38,192 nt of DNA from Octopus bimaculoides (taxonomy: Eukaryota), in assembly GCF_001194135.2 (NCBI RefSeq), contig NC_069007.1, positions 73,160-111,351 of the forward strand, written 5' to 3'. The translations under genes were made by a program, and so were the position numbers. Shown in pieces: positions 35,040-38,192 of the stretch (positions are counted from its first letter, which is position 1; the number at the start of each line of letters is the position of its first letter). The notes under the pieces were generated by a model, which was not told the origin of the DNA, made no database searches, and saw only the letters and a program-made list of their open reading frames with translations.

Positions 35040-36320
35040 ACATAATTTCAATAAACCACAGAAGAATTCACAATCCTTCTAACAATCTTTCCTATTTCTA
35101 AGAGGCAAAGATCAACTGGACACTCGATTCCAATCTCTTTTATATATTTGTCAATCTCATCAGTCACAGCCTTTAATGAACCAATTATTAAAGTACAATC
35201 TTTACAATTTTCCTGTTCCAAATCCTTATAAGCTCAAATTTTAACGAGTTGTATGTTTTCAACTTTTCATCGACTCTCTTCAGAATGTTAGTATCAGATG
35301 ACCAGTGATGACCAATCAGTTTTTCCTTTCTATTTTTATTATATCTGGCTTGTTATGTTCCATCCCGTTATCCTTTGGAATTGGAGAATCCTGCATGTTT
35401 CCAACTCAAGTGCCCTTTCTATTCAATGATTGTACCATGTACTTCCTGCTTCAAACTCTCGACAAAGCTTCCAGTGTAAAGCTTTCACAATTTGAACAGG
35501 TTTCAATTTCTTATATTCTGCTTAGGCCAATCCAGGATATTCTGCAACATGGTGTGCCATTGTTTCATCCCAAAACCCACACACACTACATTTTGTTGAC
35601 TCGTTCTTCACATATATTTTCTCAAGTTGATTGTTTTTTTAACACTTAATCTTGAGCAGCAATAATAAATCCCTCTCTTTCTTTTATCAGTTGTCCCTTT
35701 TCCGATCAAGCCAAGGCAGTTGTTCCACACACAGGCTCAGTGGCTTCCCAAAACTAACCATGGAAGAAAAGTTTCTCATAATCTCTTTAACCTTTTCTCT
35801 GAATTTCGTTCTTGTCCTTTATTTCTTTCTCCAGCCTTGATTACCTCATCTTTTCCTTCAGTAACTCTTCTGTGCTGTTCTGTAAGCAGCTTCTTTCCAT
35901 CTGCACACACTCTTCCACACCAATTAAGTCTCTCTTCCTGTACAACCGGCTGATATCAGATTTTGGATTCTGGGCTCCATACAGTCAACAGCTTTCTAGT
36001 TTCTTTGTCAAGTTTCTGCATTTCGTCTTTTGTTCAATCCACAATTCCAGTTCCATATCTGACAACTGGAACTGCTCTTGAATTTACTGCCTCAAAGTCA
36101 TGCCTTGACTTCAACCTTGACTGTAATATTTTCCTCATCATTCTCCCAGTGTACTCCCTACTGGTAATTTTCTTTCATCTTTCCATGTTCGATTTCATCT
36201 GCCTCCAGTATTCCCAAATACTTAGACCCTTGTCCTTACTCGGTTTCCTCCTTTGCCCATTTGGCAATTCAATTCCTTGGCTTCCTTCAAATCTTCCCCA
36301 TTTCATTTTCAAATTATTAA
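35040..36320 (-). mobile_element. R4/Dong-like retrotransposon 3' half (post-RT region, zinc knuckle, RLE nuclease), decayed
   Basis: KYLGILEADEI...AVPVVRYGTGIVD*TKDEMQKLDKETRKLL...KSDISRLY...ALHWKLC...HNKPDII...KLKTYNSLKFELIRIW...IIGSL...EIGIEC. Confidence 0.8.
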
Positions 36321-36324
36321 TAGG

Positions 36325-36912
36325 CAGAATTGTTAGCAGACTGGCGCAAAATGCTTAGTGGCATTTCATCCACCTCTCTGCTCTGAGTTGAAATTCTGCT
36401 GAGATCGGGTCTGCTTTTCATCATTTCAAGGTTGATGAATTCAATACCAGTCATGCACTGGAGTCAATGGAATCCATTTGCCCCTTCCCCAACATTTCTG
36501 ACTTTCTGCCAATAGTGGAAAGGATTATTATTCTGTCGAGGTTGACTTTACCTTTCATCCGTTTGGAGCCAATGAATTAAGTACCAGTGAAACAGTGGGG
36601 TCGATGTGATCAACTAGTCCCCTCCCCCAAAATTTCAGGCCTCGTACCTTAGTAGAAAGGATTATTATTATTATTATTATTATTATAATATAAGGTGGTC
36701 AGCTGGCAGAATCGTTAGGACGCTGGACAAAATGCTTAGCAGTATTTCACCCATCGCTACGTTCCGAGTTCAAATTCTGTAGTGGTCAGCTTTGCCTTTC
36801 ATCCTTTTGGGGTTGATAAAATAAGTACCAGTTGAACACTGGGTCGATGTAATTGACATATCTACCCCCTCCCACAAGCTGCCTTTAGGGCAAAAATTTG
36901 AAATAATTATTA
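36325..36912 (+). mobile_element. Three tandem SINE copies or fragments
   Basis: GGCAGAATTGTTAGC... at ~36322; a central/tail copy ending (ATT)n at ~36690; a full copy AAGGTGGTCAGCTGGCAGAATCGTTAG...CAAAAATTTGAAA at 36692-36912. Confidence 0.85.
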
Positions 36913-36939
36913 TTGTGGTTGTACATGTACTTCATCTTA

Positions 36940-37312
36940 ATATTTACTGACAAGATTCCTCAAATCTCAAGACCCTTCCTTAGGATTCTTGTAGAATATA
37001 TGATGGTTCTTTTCTGCAGTTCAACAATGCAACTTTCAATTCCAATCTCTTTCAGTGTTTTTGGTGGCATTCTGGGTTTTGTGCCAAGTGCCCCAATTAC
37101 TACAAGAATAACAGTTGTCTTTCTTGGTCTCCTCAGTTCTTTGGCTAAAATCCTGGTACTTCTCAATTTCTTCCATGCCATTCATATTGACCCAGCTGTT
37201 ATAGGAAATTGCAAAATCTATGATCCCGCCTCGTTTATTTCATCTTCTATGATCATATCTGGTCGTCTTGCTTCAGTAGTACAGTCAGACTTTATGGGGA
37301 AATCCCACTACT
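36940..37312 (-). mobile_element. R4/Dong-like RLE nuclease and 3' end fragment
   Basis: WDFPIKSDCTTEARRPDMII...IIDFAI...VILVVIGALGTKP...EIGIESCIVELQKRTIIYSTRILRKGLEI; bounded by (ATT)n tracts. Confidence 0.8.
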
Positions 37313-37316
37313 ATTG

Positions 37317-37350
<34 letters not shown>

Positions 37351-37934
37351 CATCATCATTATTATTATCTTGTAAATGAAACAGAGTAAAAAGGAAAAAA
37401 ATTGTACAAAGAAAAAAAAAATCACAAAAAATAAGTTAACAACAACAATAATAAAAATAATAACAATTAAACAAAATAAACAAAGATATTTTGAAGAGTC
37501 CAACTCTCTATGCAAACACTTTTAAAATTGAAAATGAAAAAAAAAAAACAACAAAAAAGTAAACATAAAAAGTATTTTAAAAAATTCAAGAAAAAAGTAT
37601 AAAATAACCAGTGAAAGTTGGACAAAGAAATAGATATTTAGGGGTGGGGGGCTGGAACAGAAGGGGAAAAAATAGACTAAAAAGAGATTTACGCAGAATG
37701 AAAATAATGAATGGTGAAATTAAAAATAAAAAGGAGGAAAAGAAGGGGTTTCATTCATAGGAAAAAGAAAAAAAAACATAAATAAAGAAATAAGAAAATT
37801 TTTCATAATTCAAAAAGGATTTTGTTTCTTTGAAATTTTATAAAGAAAGTTGAGAGAAAGTAGAATTTTTTTTTAAGAAAATGAAATTCATGTGACAAAA
37901 AGATATTTTTAGGTGAGTGGAGAGGGCGAGGTGG

Positions 37935-37949
37935 GTAGGTGTTTTCTGA

Positions 37950-37988
<39 letters not shown>

Positions 37989-38112
37989 TGCAGAACCATC
38001 TATAAACATACATGTATCAACATGTGCATATTTCTATATGTGATAATGTGTGTATACCAGCATATATACATATGCATACATACATACATAAATATATATA
38101 CATATATACATA

Positions 38113-38185
<73 letters not shown>

Positions 38186-38192
38186 AAATATG
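37935..38192. repeat. (TG)n, (ATCT)n and (TA)n microsatellites
   Basis: Directly visible. Confidence 0.95.

Noticed and set aside
29460-38192. Upstream GALNT exons (GLIRARL, FLDSHCEC, TM/stem)
   Set aside because: No such motifs were found in the unique-looking stretches I translated; they probably lie beyond the window or in gaps.

Overview
AT-rich, microsatellite- and retroposon-dense animal DNA with three large N gaps. The repeat families look like those of Octopus (inference from recalled SINE sequences, not verified). The window holds the 3' part of one minus-strand polypeptide N-acetylgalactosaminyltransferase (GALNT/ppGalNAc-T) gene, closest in recalled motifs to C. elegans gly-5 / Drosophila pgant9. 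Six constitutive exons (6248 down to the stop at 2144) encode the [14 protein letters not shown] region, the flexible loop and the ricin-type lectin domain, and they splice in frame at GT-AG sites. Main finding: the exon encoding the catalytic-domain acceptor-peptide groove (G|WLEP...VVTP.I...IG.FDW.L.F.W...AP(I/V)(R/K)) is present as three diverged tandem copies, A 28012-28188 (5' end in a gap), B 21677-21884 and C 16002-16212. B and C are complete, stop-free phase 1/phase 2 exons of 3n+1 length, and A has the same phase-2 donor, so exactly one copy can be used per in-frame mRNA. This looks like a mutually exclusive exon switch for O-glycosylation substrate specificity. The introns also contain two hammerhead-ribozyme-like motifs in the pre-mRNA sense, long fold-back elements, SINEs, and decayed CR1-like, R4/Dong-like, RTE, Penelope-like, Gypsy and Tc1/mariner fragments. 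The 5' exons (TM, stem, DxH motif) were not found. All translations and alignments were done by eye.
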